Positions 1 through 8,381 of a stretch of 19,895 nt of DNA are shown in pieces. The notes below the pieces were generated by a model. It searched no databases. It was not told the DNA's origin and worked only from the letters and a program-made list of their open reading frames with translations. Source of the stretch: an uncultured Deferribacteres bacterium (lineage in GTDB: Bacteria; Zhuqueibacterota; Zhuqueibacteria; Zhuqueibacterales; Geothermadaptataceae); assembly GCA_964014485.1 (NCBI GenBank), contig CAXHAT010000150.1, positions 1 through 19,895 of the forward strand, given 5' to 3'. Numbering within the stretch: the first letter of the stretch is position 1; every line of letters starts with the position of its first letter. A program made the position numbers and the translations under genes.

Positions 1-12
1 GCACGAGAGATA

Positions 13-1566
13 ATGCCCCCTGTTGACAACCCGCCAGCGAATGTGTTAAAATCCGGAAAACTCTTGAAAAACAGCGATTCTAACGGCGTTCATTCGGCGC
101 CATCGTGGCGGCCTTTTGATTATCACGATCTCGTCGCGTTCAGCCGCGATGAAGTGGAGATCGTTGAAAAACACCCGGCGGCGAAAACGACGAAGCTTTT
201 CCGGCATCAAAATATGCGCAAGCAATTCCTGTTTTTTCTGATGCGGGAAGGTCTTGCAAGCCTGTGGCGGAAATTTGTCTCGCGACGGTTTTATTCGCGC
301 ATTGCGTCGAAGAGCGTTTTCCTGATCGTGAAATTGAAAGGCAAAGACGAATTCTACGCAGGCTTTCAGCATTCGCTCGATCAGCCGGTTTATTATTTTT
401 TGCCTGAGTCGAAGTCTGACACGCCGCCAACAATTGCCGCCGAAGACGCTTTCGCAGCATTCGATCCTTTTATTGGATATTCTGAAAAAGCGTCGTCAGG
501 CGAAGCGGAAAAACGCTTCAAGCCGATTCTGCTCGATTCGAAAAATAGAAAAAAGACTGCCGAAGCGCCGTTTGATTTGTATCTGATCGGCTGCGGCGAT
601 TATGTCCGCACGACGGTGCTGTCTGCGTTCGAAGAATTTAATCCAAAGGCGGCGGTCGATTTCAATTATGAAGTTTTGCAGGCAAAATGGCTGCGAGGTT
701 TTGAGCATCGCACGAACGATTTTGATTCGGCGCTGACGACGTTCTCGGACGGACATAAAAAATGCGCGATTCTCGCGTCGTATCATTCGCACCACGCCGC
801 GCAAGCCTGTCGCCTGCTCGAATTTCCCGACACAACGGTTTTTATCGAAAAGCCGCCGTGCGTGACGCGTGATGATTTGCGTCGTCTGCTCGAAGTTTTC
901 GATCCCAAGCGCGTTTTCATTGGCTACAATCGGCGATTCATTCCCTGGAATCATGATGTCAAATCGTTGATCGAAAAATATCGCTCGCCGGTGATGATCA
1001 ATGTGCAGATCACTGAAGCGCAGATCACGCAGGATCACTGGTATTTTGCTCCGAATCAAGGCACCCGCGTCACTGGAAATCTTTGTCATTGGATCGATTT
1101 GGCGGTTTTCTGGATTGATCAAAAACCGACGCGCGTGAGCGTTGCCAAGAACGAGGCGCTGGGCATCGATTATTCGATTTTCACGCTGCATTTCGAAGAC
1201 GGCTCGATGGTCAATTTCATTCCTTCCGATCTCGGCGACGGCACGAGCGGGGTGCAGGAGCGGATTTCGATCAAAAACGAAGCCTTTGAAGTGCGCATCG
1301 ATGATTATCTGCGCATGAGAATCTGGGAAAAAGGCGCGGTGAAAACATTGCGCAAATTACGGCGAGACAAAGGGCACAAACGCATGTACGCCGCCTTCAA
1401 AAATGCGCTCGAAAATGGTGAGCCGTCAGCGTATTCGGCGAAGGATTTGTTGTATTCGACTCTGACTTACATCGCTTTTGTCGAGTTGTTTTATTCTTCC
1501 GAAAATTCGATGGAATTGGATTTTTCCGAACTTAAGCTTCTACTTAACAAGGCTCCAAATTTTTAA
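13..1566 (+). CDS. Gfo/Idh/MocA-family oxidoreductase with an atypical N-terminal extension; divergent paralog of the next gene
   Basis: Rossmann motif YLIGCGDY, family motif FIEKPP, GYNRRF, HWY..NQGTRVTGNLCHWIDL and RDKGH. The exact start codon is uncertain. Confidence 0.8.
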   Translation: MPPVDNPPANVLKSGKLLKNSDSNGVHSAPSWRPFDYHDLVAFSRDEVEIVEKHPAAKTTKLFRHQNMRKQFLFFLMREGLASLWRKFVSRRFYSRIASKSVFLIVKLKGKDEFYAGFQHSLDQPVYYFLPESKSDTPPTIAAEDAFAAFDPFIGYSEKASSGEAEKRFKPILLDSKNRKKTAEAPFDLYLIGCGDYVRTTVLSAFEEFNPKAAVDFNYEVLQAKWLRGFEHRTNDFDSALTTFSDGHKKCAILASYHSHHAAQACRLLEFPDTTVFIEKPPCVTRDDLRRLLEVFDPKRVFIGYNRRFIPWNHDVKSLIEKYRSPVMINVQITEAQITQDHWYFAPNQGTRVTGNLCHWIDLAVFWIDQKPTRVSVAKNEALGIDYSIFTLHFEDGSMVNFIPSDLGDGTSGVQERISIKNEAFEVRIDDYLRMRIWEKGAVKTLRKLRRDKGHKRMYAAFKNALENGEPSAYSAKDLLYSTLTYIAFVELFYSSENSMELDFSELKLLLNKAPNF

Positions 1567-1597
1567 CAAACCTATTCCTACTTAACGATAATCATCC

Positions 1598-3793
1598 ATG
1601 AAACAAGTTATACAATATCAAAAAACCGGCGAGATGGAGGTGGCGGAACTGCCGGCGCCGGTGTTGAAACCGGGCGGGATTTTGGTGCATCATCAGTTCT
1701 CGCTCATCAGCGCGGGGACGGAACGCACTTCCGTTGAAACCGCGCAGGCGTCGATGGTCGGGAAGGCGAAATCGCGGCCAGATTTGGTGAAGCAAGTGCT
1801 CGACAATGTGAAGCGAGAGGGGCTTGGCGCGACTTATGAGAAAGTTCAGAATCGTCTCGACAATTATAAAGAGTTGGGCTACAGCGCCGCCGGGATCGTG
1901 CTGGAATCGTCATGCGATAAATTCAAGCCGGGCGACCGGGTGGCGTGTGCCGGGGCGGGTTACGCTTCGCACGCGGAAGTCGGGTTTACGCCGCAAAATC
2001 TGGCGGTGAAAATCCCGGATTCGGTGGCTTTCGAAGACGCGGCTTTCACCACGCTTGGCGCGATTGCGCTGCAGGGCGTTAGGCAGGCGGACGTGCGCTT
2101 GGGCGAGAGCGTCGCCGTTGTCGGGCTGGGGCTGCTGGGATTGATCACTGTGCAATTATTGAAAGCGAACGGCTGCCGCGTGATCGGGCTGGATATCTCG
2201 GACGATAATTTTTCAATCGCGAAAGAGCTTGGCTGTGACGATTGCATTTTGAGCGGCGGCGAGGCAGCGTCGCAGGTCGAAAGTTTCACGCGTGGGCACG
2301 GCACGGACGCGGTGATTTTGACGGCTTCCACAAAGTCAAACCAGCCGTTGGAGATGGCGCTGCAATTTGCTCGGAAACGCTCGAAAATCGTCATCGTCGG
2401 CGTAGTGGGCATGGAGCTGCCGCGTTCGCCGTTTTATGAAAAAGAAATTGATCTCCGAATTTCCTGCTCCTACGGTCCCGGCCGCTACGACGCGGATTAC
2501 GAAGAAAAAGGCGTTGATTATCCCGTCGGCTATGTGCGCTGGACGGAGAATCGTAACATGGAAGCGGTGCTCGATTTGGTCGAGCAAAAAAAGCTGAATT
2601 TCAAAGCGTTGGTCAGCCACACGATTCCGGTGCAAAACGCGCTGACCGCGTATGAGATGATCACCGGAAAGCGCAAGGAAAAATTTCTTGGCGTTTTGCT
2701 GCAATATCCCGAACAGCTCAAGTTTCACAACGGGCTTTATCAAAACGGCGCTTCGACGATCTCGCAAAACGGATTTCATGCGACGGAAAAAGTCAAAATC
2801 GGTTTTGTCGGCGCGGGGAATTTTGCGCAGTCGTACTTGCTGCCAAACTTGCCGAAAGAAACGGTGCAATTGCAGGGCATTGCCGCATCACGTCCGGTGA
2901 ACGCCAAAGCGGTCGCGAACAAATTCGGCTTTTCTTTTGGCGCGACCGAGGCGCAGGAAGTGATCGCCGCCGAAGACCTCGACGCGGTTTTCATCGCCAC
3001 GCGCCACGATTCGCACGCACGGTTTGTGATCGATGCTTTGAATGCTGGAAAGCACGTTTTTGTGGAAAAACCGCTGGCGGTGACGCCGGAGGAATTGCAG
3101 GCGGTGCGCGAAGCCTGGGAGAAAGTTTCCGAGAAAAAGCGCGTGGCGTTGGCCGTCGGCTTCAACCGCCGGTTTTCACAGCCGTTTCAGGATATCAAAC
3201 GCTTTTTTATGAACTGGCAGGAGCCGATGGTGATCAATTATCGCGTCAACGCCGGGTTCATTCCGAAAACACATTGGACGCAGGACGCTGCGCAGGGCGG
3301 CAGAATGATTGGCGAGGGCTGTCACTTTATCGACACAATGCAGTTTTTGACTGGCGCGCATCCAGTGCGCGTGTTCGCCGAGTCGATTGATTCGCGTAAT
3401 ACGGCGGTGGAGACGAAAGACAACATCAACGTCTCGATCAAATTTTCAGACGGTTCGATTGGCAATTTGCTCTACATCGCGAACGGCACGCCGAGCTTGG
3501 AGAAAGAATATTGCGAAGTTTCGTGCGGCGGGAAAACGGCGATCATGCAAAATTTCAACCGCGTGGATTTTTACGCCGGGCGCAAAGCCAGCAAGAAAAA
3601 GTATGACTGCGGCAAGGGGCATCGCGAGGAGGTCGAGCATTTTTTCAATGTTTGCCAAGGCAGAGAGACGCCCGAACTGACGTTTGAATCGATTTATCTT
3701 ACGACGCTGGCAACGTTCAAGGTTTTGGAATCCTTGCTTAAAGGAACTGTAGTCAATATTCACAATTTCTCTTCTGGCTGTCAGAATGATTAA
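1598..3793 (+). CDS. Bi-domain oxidoreductase (N-terminal MDR/alcohol dehydrogenase-like domain + C-terminal Gfo/Idh/MocA domain), typical of polysaccharide loci
   Basis: N-domain SLISAGTE, LGYSAAG, VGLGLLG, SCSYGPGRYD..YEEKG.DYP..YVRWTENRN. C-domain GFVGAGNFA, ATRHDSHA, HVFVEKPLA, GFNRRF. Confidence 0.92.
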   Translation: MKQVIQYQKTGEMEVAELPAPVLKPGGILVHHQFSLISAGTERTSVETAQASMVGKAKSRPDLVKQVLDNVKREGLGATYEKVQNRLDNYKELGYSAAGIVLESSCDKFKPGDRVACAGAGYASHAEVGFTPQNLAVKIPDSVAFEDAAFTTLGAIALQGVRQADVRLGESVAVVGLGLLGLITVQLLKANGCRVIGLDISDDNFSIAKELGCDDCILSGGEAASQVESFTRGHGTDAVILTASTKSNQPLEMALQFARKRSKIVIVGVVGMELPRSPFYEKEIDLRISCSYGPGRYDADYEEKGVDYPVGYVRWTENRNMEAVLDLVEQKKLNFKALVSHTIPVQNALTAYEMITGKRKEKFLGVLLQYPEQLKFHNGLYQNGASTISQNGFHATEKVKIGFVGAGNFAQSYLLPNLPKETVQLQGIAASRPVNAKAVANKFGFSFGATEAQEVIAAEDLDAVFIATRHDSHARFVIDALNAGKHVFVEKPLAVTPEELQAVREAWEKVSEKKRVALAVGFNRRFSQPFQDIKRFFMNWQEPMVINYRVNAGFIPKTHWTQDAAQGGRMIGEGCHFIDTMQFLTGAHPVRVFAESIDSRNTAVETKDNINVSIKFSDGSIGNLLYIANGTPSLEKEYCEVSCGGKTAIMQNFNRVDFYAGRKASKKKYDCGKGHREEVEHFFNVCQGRETPELTFESIYLTTLATFKVLESLLKGTVVNIHNFSSGCQND

Positions 3794-3825
3794 AGTCAAA
3801 ATTATTTGATCTTATCATTTTGACT
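3780..3825. repeat. Short palindromic element (family D, GTCA(A/G)AATGAT...ATCATTTTGAC) overlapping the stop codon of the oxidoreductase
   Basis: gtcagaatgat (3780-3790) and agtcaaaat (3794-3802) are both complementary to atcattttgact (3814-3825). It resembles the element at 12296-12368. Confidence 0.55.
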
Positions 3826-3839
3826 CAAACTGACGACGA

Positions 3840-5117
3840 ATGTATAATAAATTCAGCGCTCATGTTGAGCAGTTAAAAAAATATATTCTCTCCGAAAATT
3901 TTCACGGTTACGATCCTTTTGATGCTTTGAACGCGCCGATTTTTCGAAGCCGTTTTTTGCGAAATAATCGTCTGGCGCGACTTGGCGCGCAGCAGGTTTT
4001 GAAGCGTTTGCCATGGAATTTGCGCCCGCTTTTGAAGATTGAAAAGGGCGAAAATCCGGTGACGTTTGGGTTGTGTTTGCAGGGGTTTGCGTATTTGGAA
4101 GCACTGAGAACAGTGAAATGTCATTCAGTCCCGAATCAATCGGGGTATTTGGAAAATAAGGAAGAACGCGCTCTTGAAGACGATCAGCCATGTAGTGGAC
4201 GCGAAGCATCCGGGACTGCATTCCCACGCAAAGCGCGGGAACGAGAAATTGACGTCTGTTTGCAGAAGCTTGAAGCGTTGCAATCCAAGGGCTACAGCGG
4301 GGCGTGTTGGGGGTATGATTTTGATTGGGAAGCGCGTTACGCCACGATTCCGGCGTTTGTGCCGACGGTCGTTGCGACGGGATTTATCACGAATGCGCTG
4401 TTTGAGTATTTTCAACTTTCACGGGATGAGCGTGCGCGCCGCTTGTGCATCTCAGCTGCGGATTTTGTGTTGAATGATCTCAACAAAACCTGGCGCAACG
4501 GTAGGTTTTGCTATTCATATTCGCCGCGCGACACGCAGATTGTTTTTAACGCGACGATGAAAGGTGCGCGCTTGCTGGCGCAGGTTTATTCGCTGACGAA
4601 TGAACAAAAGCTGGCGGACGAAGCGCGACAGACCATCGAATTCGTCATGGCCTATCAGCGCGAGGACGGGGCGTGGAGCTATTCGCACGGCGACAAACGT
4701 ACGTGGGTGGATAATTTTCACACGGCCTACGTTCTCGACTGCCTCGACGTTTATCGCGAACACACTGGCGACCGCTCTTTTGACGCGCAGTTTGACAGGG
4801 GCATGGAGTTTTATCTGGATCATTTTTTCACCGAAAGCGGCGCGCCGAAATATTACGATCAATCGCTCTGGCCAATCGATTCCACCGCCGTCGCGCAGTC
4901 GATTTTGACGTTGACGCGCTTTGGGCGCCTGGAATTGGCCGGAAAAGTCGCGAATTGGGCGGTTGAAAACATGATGCATCCGGACGGCTATTTTTTTTAT
5001 CGCAAATATCGCTGGATCACCAACAAAACTTCATTCATGCGCTGGTCGAATGCGTGGATGTTTTTGGCGTTGGCGTTTTATCAGTATAAAGTGACCGTCT
5101 GCCAACCGGAATCTTGA
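3840..5117 (+). CDS. Conserved polysaccharide-locus protein with probable (alpha/alpha)6 barrel (QW-repeat / AGE-epimerase-like fold); carries an apparent repeat-derived in-frame insertion
   Basis: Motifs GYDPFDALN, GYSGACWGYDFDW, PTVVATGF, QW-like QREDGAWSY, WVDNFHTAY and MRWSNAWM. Function is not assignable from the sequence. Confidence 0.8.
   Translation: MYNKFSAHVEQLKKYILSENFHGYDPFDALNAPIFRSRFLRNNRLARLGAQQVLKRLPWNLRPLLKIEKGENPVTFGLCLQGFAYLEALRTVKCHSVPNQSGYLENKEERALEDDQPCSGREASGTAFPRKAREREIDVCLQKLEALQSKGYSGACWGYDFDWEARYATIPAFVPTVVATGFITNALFEYFQLSRDERARRLCISAADFVLNDLNKTWRNGRFCYSYSPRDTQIVFNATMKGARLLAQVYSLTNEQKLADEARQTIEFVMAYQREDGAWSYSHGDKRTWVDNFHTAYVLDCLDVYREHTGDRSFDAQFDRGMEFYLDHFFTESGAPKYYDQSLWPIDSTAVAQSILTLTRFGRLELAGKVANWAVENMMHPDGYFFYRKYRWITNKTSFMRWSNAWMFLALAFYQYKVTVCQPES
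4197..4248. repeat. Single arm of REP-like family C inside the CDS
   Basis: The reverse complement tttctcgttcccgcgctttgcgtgggaatgcagt matches 15882-15915 at 32/34 positions. Internal hairpin ttccc-acgc-aaa-gcgc-gggaa. Confidence 0.9.
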
Positions 5118-5119
5118 AC

Positions 5120-5150
5120 TTGTTGAAATTGAGCTGGGATTGTATATTAT
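5120..5150 (+). promoter_or_regulatory. Candidate sigma70 promoter for the DUF4160/DUF2442 pair
   Basis: TTGAAA (5123-5128) -16 nt- TATTAT (5145-5150), or TTGTTG -17 nt- TATATT. Pattern match only. Confidence 0.35.
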
Positions 5151-5191
5151 TGAAGCAAATTACTGGTTGGTAAAAGGAACTGGAAGCCGTT

Positions 5192-5440
5192 ATGCCTGAA
5201 GTTGCAAGATTTTACGGTATCGTTATCAAATTGTTTTTTGGCGACCACCCGCCGCCGCACTTCCATGCAGTCTATGCAGAACATATCGGCGTATTCAATA
5301 TCGACACTCTGGAAATGATGGAAGGCGACTTGCCGAATAGAGCAAGAAAGCTTGTAATTGAATGGGCTAAGATTAACCAGAGCGCGTTGAAGAAGATGTG
5401 GGACAGCCAAGAATTTCAAAAACTACCGCCGTTGAAATAA
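5192..5440 (+). CDS. DUF4160 domain protein (putative HicA-like toxin of a TA-like pair)
   Basis: 82 aa with the characteristic MPEVARFYGIVI..FFGDHPPPHFHAVY and GDLP.RA.KLV.EWA patterns. Confidence 0.88.
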   Translation: MPEVARFYGIVIKLFFGDHPPPHFHAVYAEHIGVFNIDTLEMMEGDLPNRARKLVIEWAKINQSALKKMWDSQEFQKLPPLK

Positions 5441-5442
5441 AC

Positions 5443-5694
5443 ATGAAACACCCCAAAGTGAAATCGGCGACAGCGATTGATACTCATATTCTGTTAGTCG
5501 AGTTTGATAATCAAGAAAAGAAGGCTTATGACGTCACGCCTTTGCTTAAAAAGGAAATGTTCGCTCCGTTAAAAAATCACGCTTTTTTCAAAGCCGTGAA
5601 GGTTGAGCAAGGCGGCTACGCCATCTCCTGGAACGAAGAGATTGATATCAGCGAATATGAGTTATGGAGAAATGGACGAGCTTTGCCGCAATAG
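5443..5694 (+). CDS. DUF2442 domain protein (putative antitoxin)
   Basis: ATG at 5443, 2 nt after the upstream stop. L.VEFDN...YD..P, F.PLKN...F..V.V..GG.AISW..EIDI..YELW is the DUF2442 pattern; canonical partner of DUF4160. Confidence 0.85.
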   Translation: MKHPKVKSATAIDTHILLVEFDNQEKKAYDVTPLLKKEMFAPLKNHAFFKAVKVEQGGYAISWNEEIDISEYELWRNGRALPQ

Positions 5695-5834
5695 TCAGGT
5701 GCAATAGTTCAACTCCGAAAAGCTGCTTACTTTCGAGTTTTTCAATTTCATCTTTAGAAACTTAATAACACCCGCCTAAACATATTCCATTATCTATAAC
5801 GCAATTTGTTCAAAGCCGTAAGCAGGAGGGAGAG

Positions 5835-7058
5835 ATGAAGCTTGCGATTCATGGCGGCGCGCCGGTGCGGACAAAGCCGTTTCCAGCGTGGCCGATTTGG
5901 GGTGAGGCGGAAGAGCGCGCCTTGCTGCGTGTTTTGGAGAGCGGAAAATGGGGCAGCATAGACGGGGGCGAAGTTCGAGAATTCGAGAGAGAGTTTGCTG
6001 AATATCACCAGGCAAAATTTGCGATAGCTTGCACCAACGGCACGGCCGCTTTGGAAATCACATTGCGCGCCGCCGGAGTTCAAGCAGGCGACGAAGTTCT
6101 TGTTCCGGCCTACACTTTCGTTGCGACGGCGACAGCGGTTTTGAACAATGGCGCGATTCCGGTATTCGTCGATATTGACCCCGAAACATACAACATCGAC
6201 CCTGCAAAAGTTGAAGAAGCGATCACCGGAAAGACTTTTGGCGTGATTCCGGTGCATTTTGCCGGCCGTCCGGCTGACATGGATCGAATCATGGAAATTG
6301 CACAAAAGCGCGGGCTTGCGGTGATTGAGGACGCGGCGCAAGGGCCGGGCGCGAGTTGGCGCGGCAACCCAGTCGGGGCGCTTGGAACGGCGGGGACGTT
6401 CAGTTTTCAATCTTCCAAAAATATCAATGCCGGCGAGGGCGGGCTTATTCTCACAAACGATGAAAATGTTGCGCGGTTGGCAAAAAGCTTTGTCAACTGC
6501 GGGCGCGACGAAGGCGGCGTTTGGTACGCACATTACCGTTTGGGCGGTAATTATCGTATGACAGAATTTCAAGGAGCTGTTTTACGCACACAATTATCTC
6601 GGTACAGGGAGCAGTTTACGATGCGGGAAGCAAGTGCGAGAATCCTTGATAAGGGTTTAAAGCAATCCCCAGGAGTCTGGACACTGAGTCAGGACTCGCG
6701 CATAACCGGTCATGCGCAGCACCTTTATATTTTTCGCTACGACTCCGCAGAGTTCGATGGATTGAACAAGGAGAAATTCGTGACGGCGCTCAATGCGGAA
6801 GGGATTCCTTGCAGCGCGGGCTATCCTATTCCTCTCTACAAACAACCCCTTTTTCAGAAGCAGGCGTTTGCGTCATTCAGCCGCTCTTTGCAATCGAAAG
6901 CAAACTATAAAGACGTTTTTTTGCCGGAAACCGAGAATGCGTGTTACAAGGAAGCGATCTGGCTGCCGCAAAACGTTTTACTAGACAGCCCGGACGGCGT
7001 GAAGTCAATCCTTGAAGCAGTCTCAAAAATCCATACACATCGGCGCGAATTGAATTGA
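5835..7058 (+). CDS. DegT/DnrJ/EryC1/StrS PLP-dependent sugar aminotransferase, RifK/BtrR-like subfamily
   Basis: TNGTAAL, VPAYTFVAT, PVHFAG, IEDAAQ, FSFQSSKN (PLP lysine), AGEGG and NYRMTEFQGAVL. Strong RBS AGGAGG upstream. Confidence 0.93.
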   Translation: MKLAIHGGAPVRTKPFPAWPIWGEAEERALLRVLESGKWGSIDGGEVREFEREFAEYHQAKFAIACTNGTAALEITLRAAGVQAGDEVLVPAYTFVATATAVLNNGAIPVFVDIDPETYNIDPAKVEEAITGKTFGVIPVHFAGRPADMDRIMEIAQKRGLAVIEDAAQGPGASWRGNPVGALGTAGTFSFQSSKNINAGEGGLILTNDENVARLAKSFVNCGRDEGGVWYAHYRLGGNYRMTEFQGAVLRTQLSRYREQFTMREASARILDKGLKQSPGVWTLSQDSRITGHAQHLYIFRYDSAEFDGLNKEKFVTALNAEGIPCSAGYPIPLYKQPLFQKQAFASFSRSLQSKANYKDVFLPETENACYKEAIWLPQNVLLDSPDGVKSILEAVSKIHTHRRELN

Positions 7059-7203
7059 TGCGGAAGCTGTTCACAATAAAAATTCGCAAAGCCTCAACTC
7101 GTAGCAAAAAAGATTTGCAGATTGGCGACCGCAAGCGCACACAAGTTTTGACAGTTTTGAGCCAATTCGCTTTTGCGGCAAAACCAGCTTTTCTCAAAAA
7201 ACA

Positions 7204-8301
7204 ATGATCTGGATCGATTTCGACAATTCGCCCCACGTACCGCTTCTAAGCCCGATTGTTCATGCCTTGCGCGATGAGGGGATGGAGGTGCTCTGCACGG
7301 CAAGAGATTATACGCAAACAATTGCCTTGCTGGAACAAAGCGGGCTGCCGTACTTGCACGTTGGACGCAGCTTCGGGAAGAAGAAGCTTGTCAAAGCCGC
7401 CTCATTGGCGCTGCGGTTGGCGCAATTGTACGCAGCTGTTCGGAACAAACCGATTCAGCTTGCCGTGAATCACGGTTCTCGCACGCAAACCGCTTGCGCA
7501 CGAATGCTCGGCCTCCCGAGCCTGGTAATGGCGGACTATGAATACACAGACGTGAGCGTCTTTCGCCGCTTTGCTACAAAATTCTGCACCCCGAAAATTA
7601 TCCCATCGGAAAATTTAACGAGTTTGGGGTTTGAAAACGAGCAGATCACGCAATACGACGGTTTTAAAGAGTGCATTTACCTCGAGAATTTTCAGCCAGA
7701 GCCGGGGTTTCGCCGCAAACACCGCTTGCCGAAAGACAAAATTCTGGTGACCCTGCGCCCGCCGGGCACTGCGGGGAATTATCATGACGCCCGCAGCGAA
7801 AAATTGTGTTTTACGCTGTTAGAAAGACTGATCTCTTCGGAAAAATACTACACCGTTTTGCTGCCGAAGAATCCCTTTGAAAAACGCGACTTTTTAGCGT
7901 TCCTGAAGGAGAAAGCGCGATTCGACAACTGGATTATCCCGGAAAATCCGCTGCCCGGCTTGCAATTGATCTGGCATTCCGACGTGGTCGTTTCCGGCGG
8001 CGGGACGATGAATCGCGAAGGCGCATTGCTCAATGTGCCGACCTACAGCATTTTCACCGCTCGCAAAGGTGCGGTGGATCAGCATTTAGAAAAAGAAAAA
8101 AAGCTGAGTTTTCTAGACTCGACTGATGATATAAATAAACTTCCGCTCGCAAAGCGGGAAATTCCAACGCATTTCACTTTTGCTCTGCCTTCAGTGCGGG
8201 AAGAAATTGTTCGAAAGATCATCGATATGGCTACGAAGGGAAAAAAATCATTCGAACCAATCCGCCGCGACTCTCAAAACGTAATTCTACAAGAGTCGTG
8301 A
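7204..8301 (+). CDS. DUF354 family protein (GT-B-like putative glycosyltransferase)
   Basis: N-terminal IWIDFDNSPHV, TARDY.QT, HGSR, FKECIYL and GGGTMNREGALL. Confidence 0.88.
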   Translation: MIWIDFDNSPHVPLLSPIVHALRDEGMEVLCTARDYTQTIALLEQSGLPYLHVGRSFGKKKLVKAASLALRLAQLYAAVRNKPIQLAVNHGSRTQTACARMLGLPSLVMADYEYTDVSVFRRFATKFCTPKIIPSENLTSLGFENEQITQYDGFKECIYLENFQPEPGFRRKHRLPKDKILVTLRPPGTAGNYHDARSEKLCFTLLERLISSEKYYTVLLPKNPFEKRDFLAFLKEKARFDNWIIPENPLPGLQLIWHSDVVVSGGGTMNREGALLNVPTYSIFTARKGAVDQHLEKEKKLSFLDSTDDINKLPLAKREIPTHFTFALPSVREEIVRKIIDMATKGKKSFEPIRRDSQNVILQES

Positions 8302-8381
8302 AAATCCCGCGATGGATACGCGCTCATTGTTGAGCCAAGAATTGAGCATTAAACGCATCACGCACCGACAACCTGAGGATT

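Noticed and set aside
3840..5117. Delta-aminolevulinic acid dehydratase label sometimes attached to similar proteins
   Set aside because: No HemB motifs (e.g. the MVKP catalytic lysine motif or SDMMDGR) are present.
5398..5442. Longer GTG start for the DUF2442 gene
   Set aside because: It overlaps the upstream gene by 43 nt. ATG 5443 gives the typical length and coupling.
7059..7203. JUMPstart/ops element or terminator in the intergenic gap
   Set aside because: No GGCGGTAG motif and no convincing stem-loop with a U-tract were seen.
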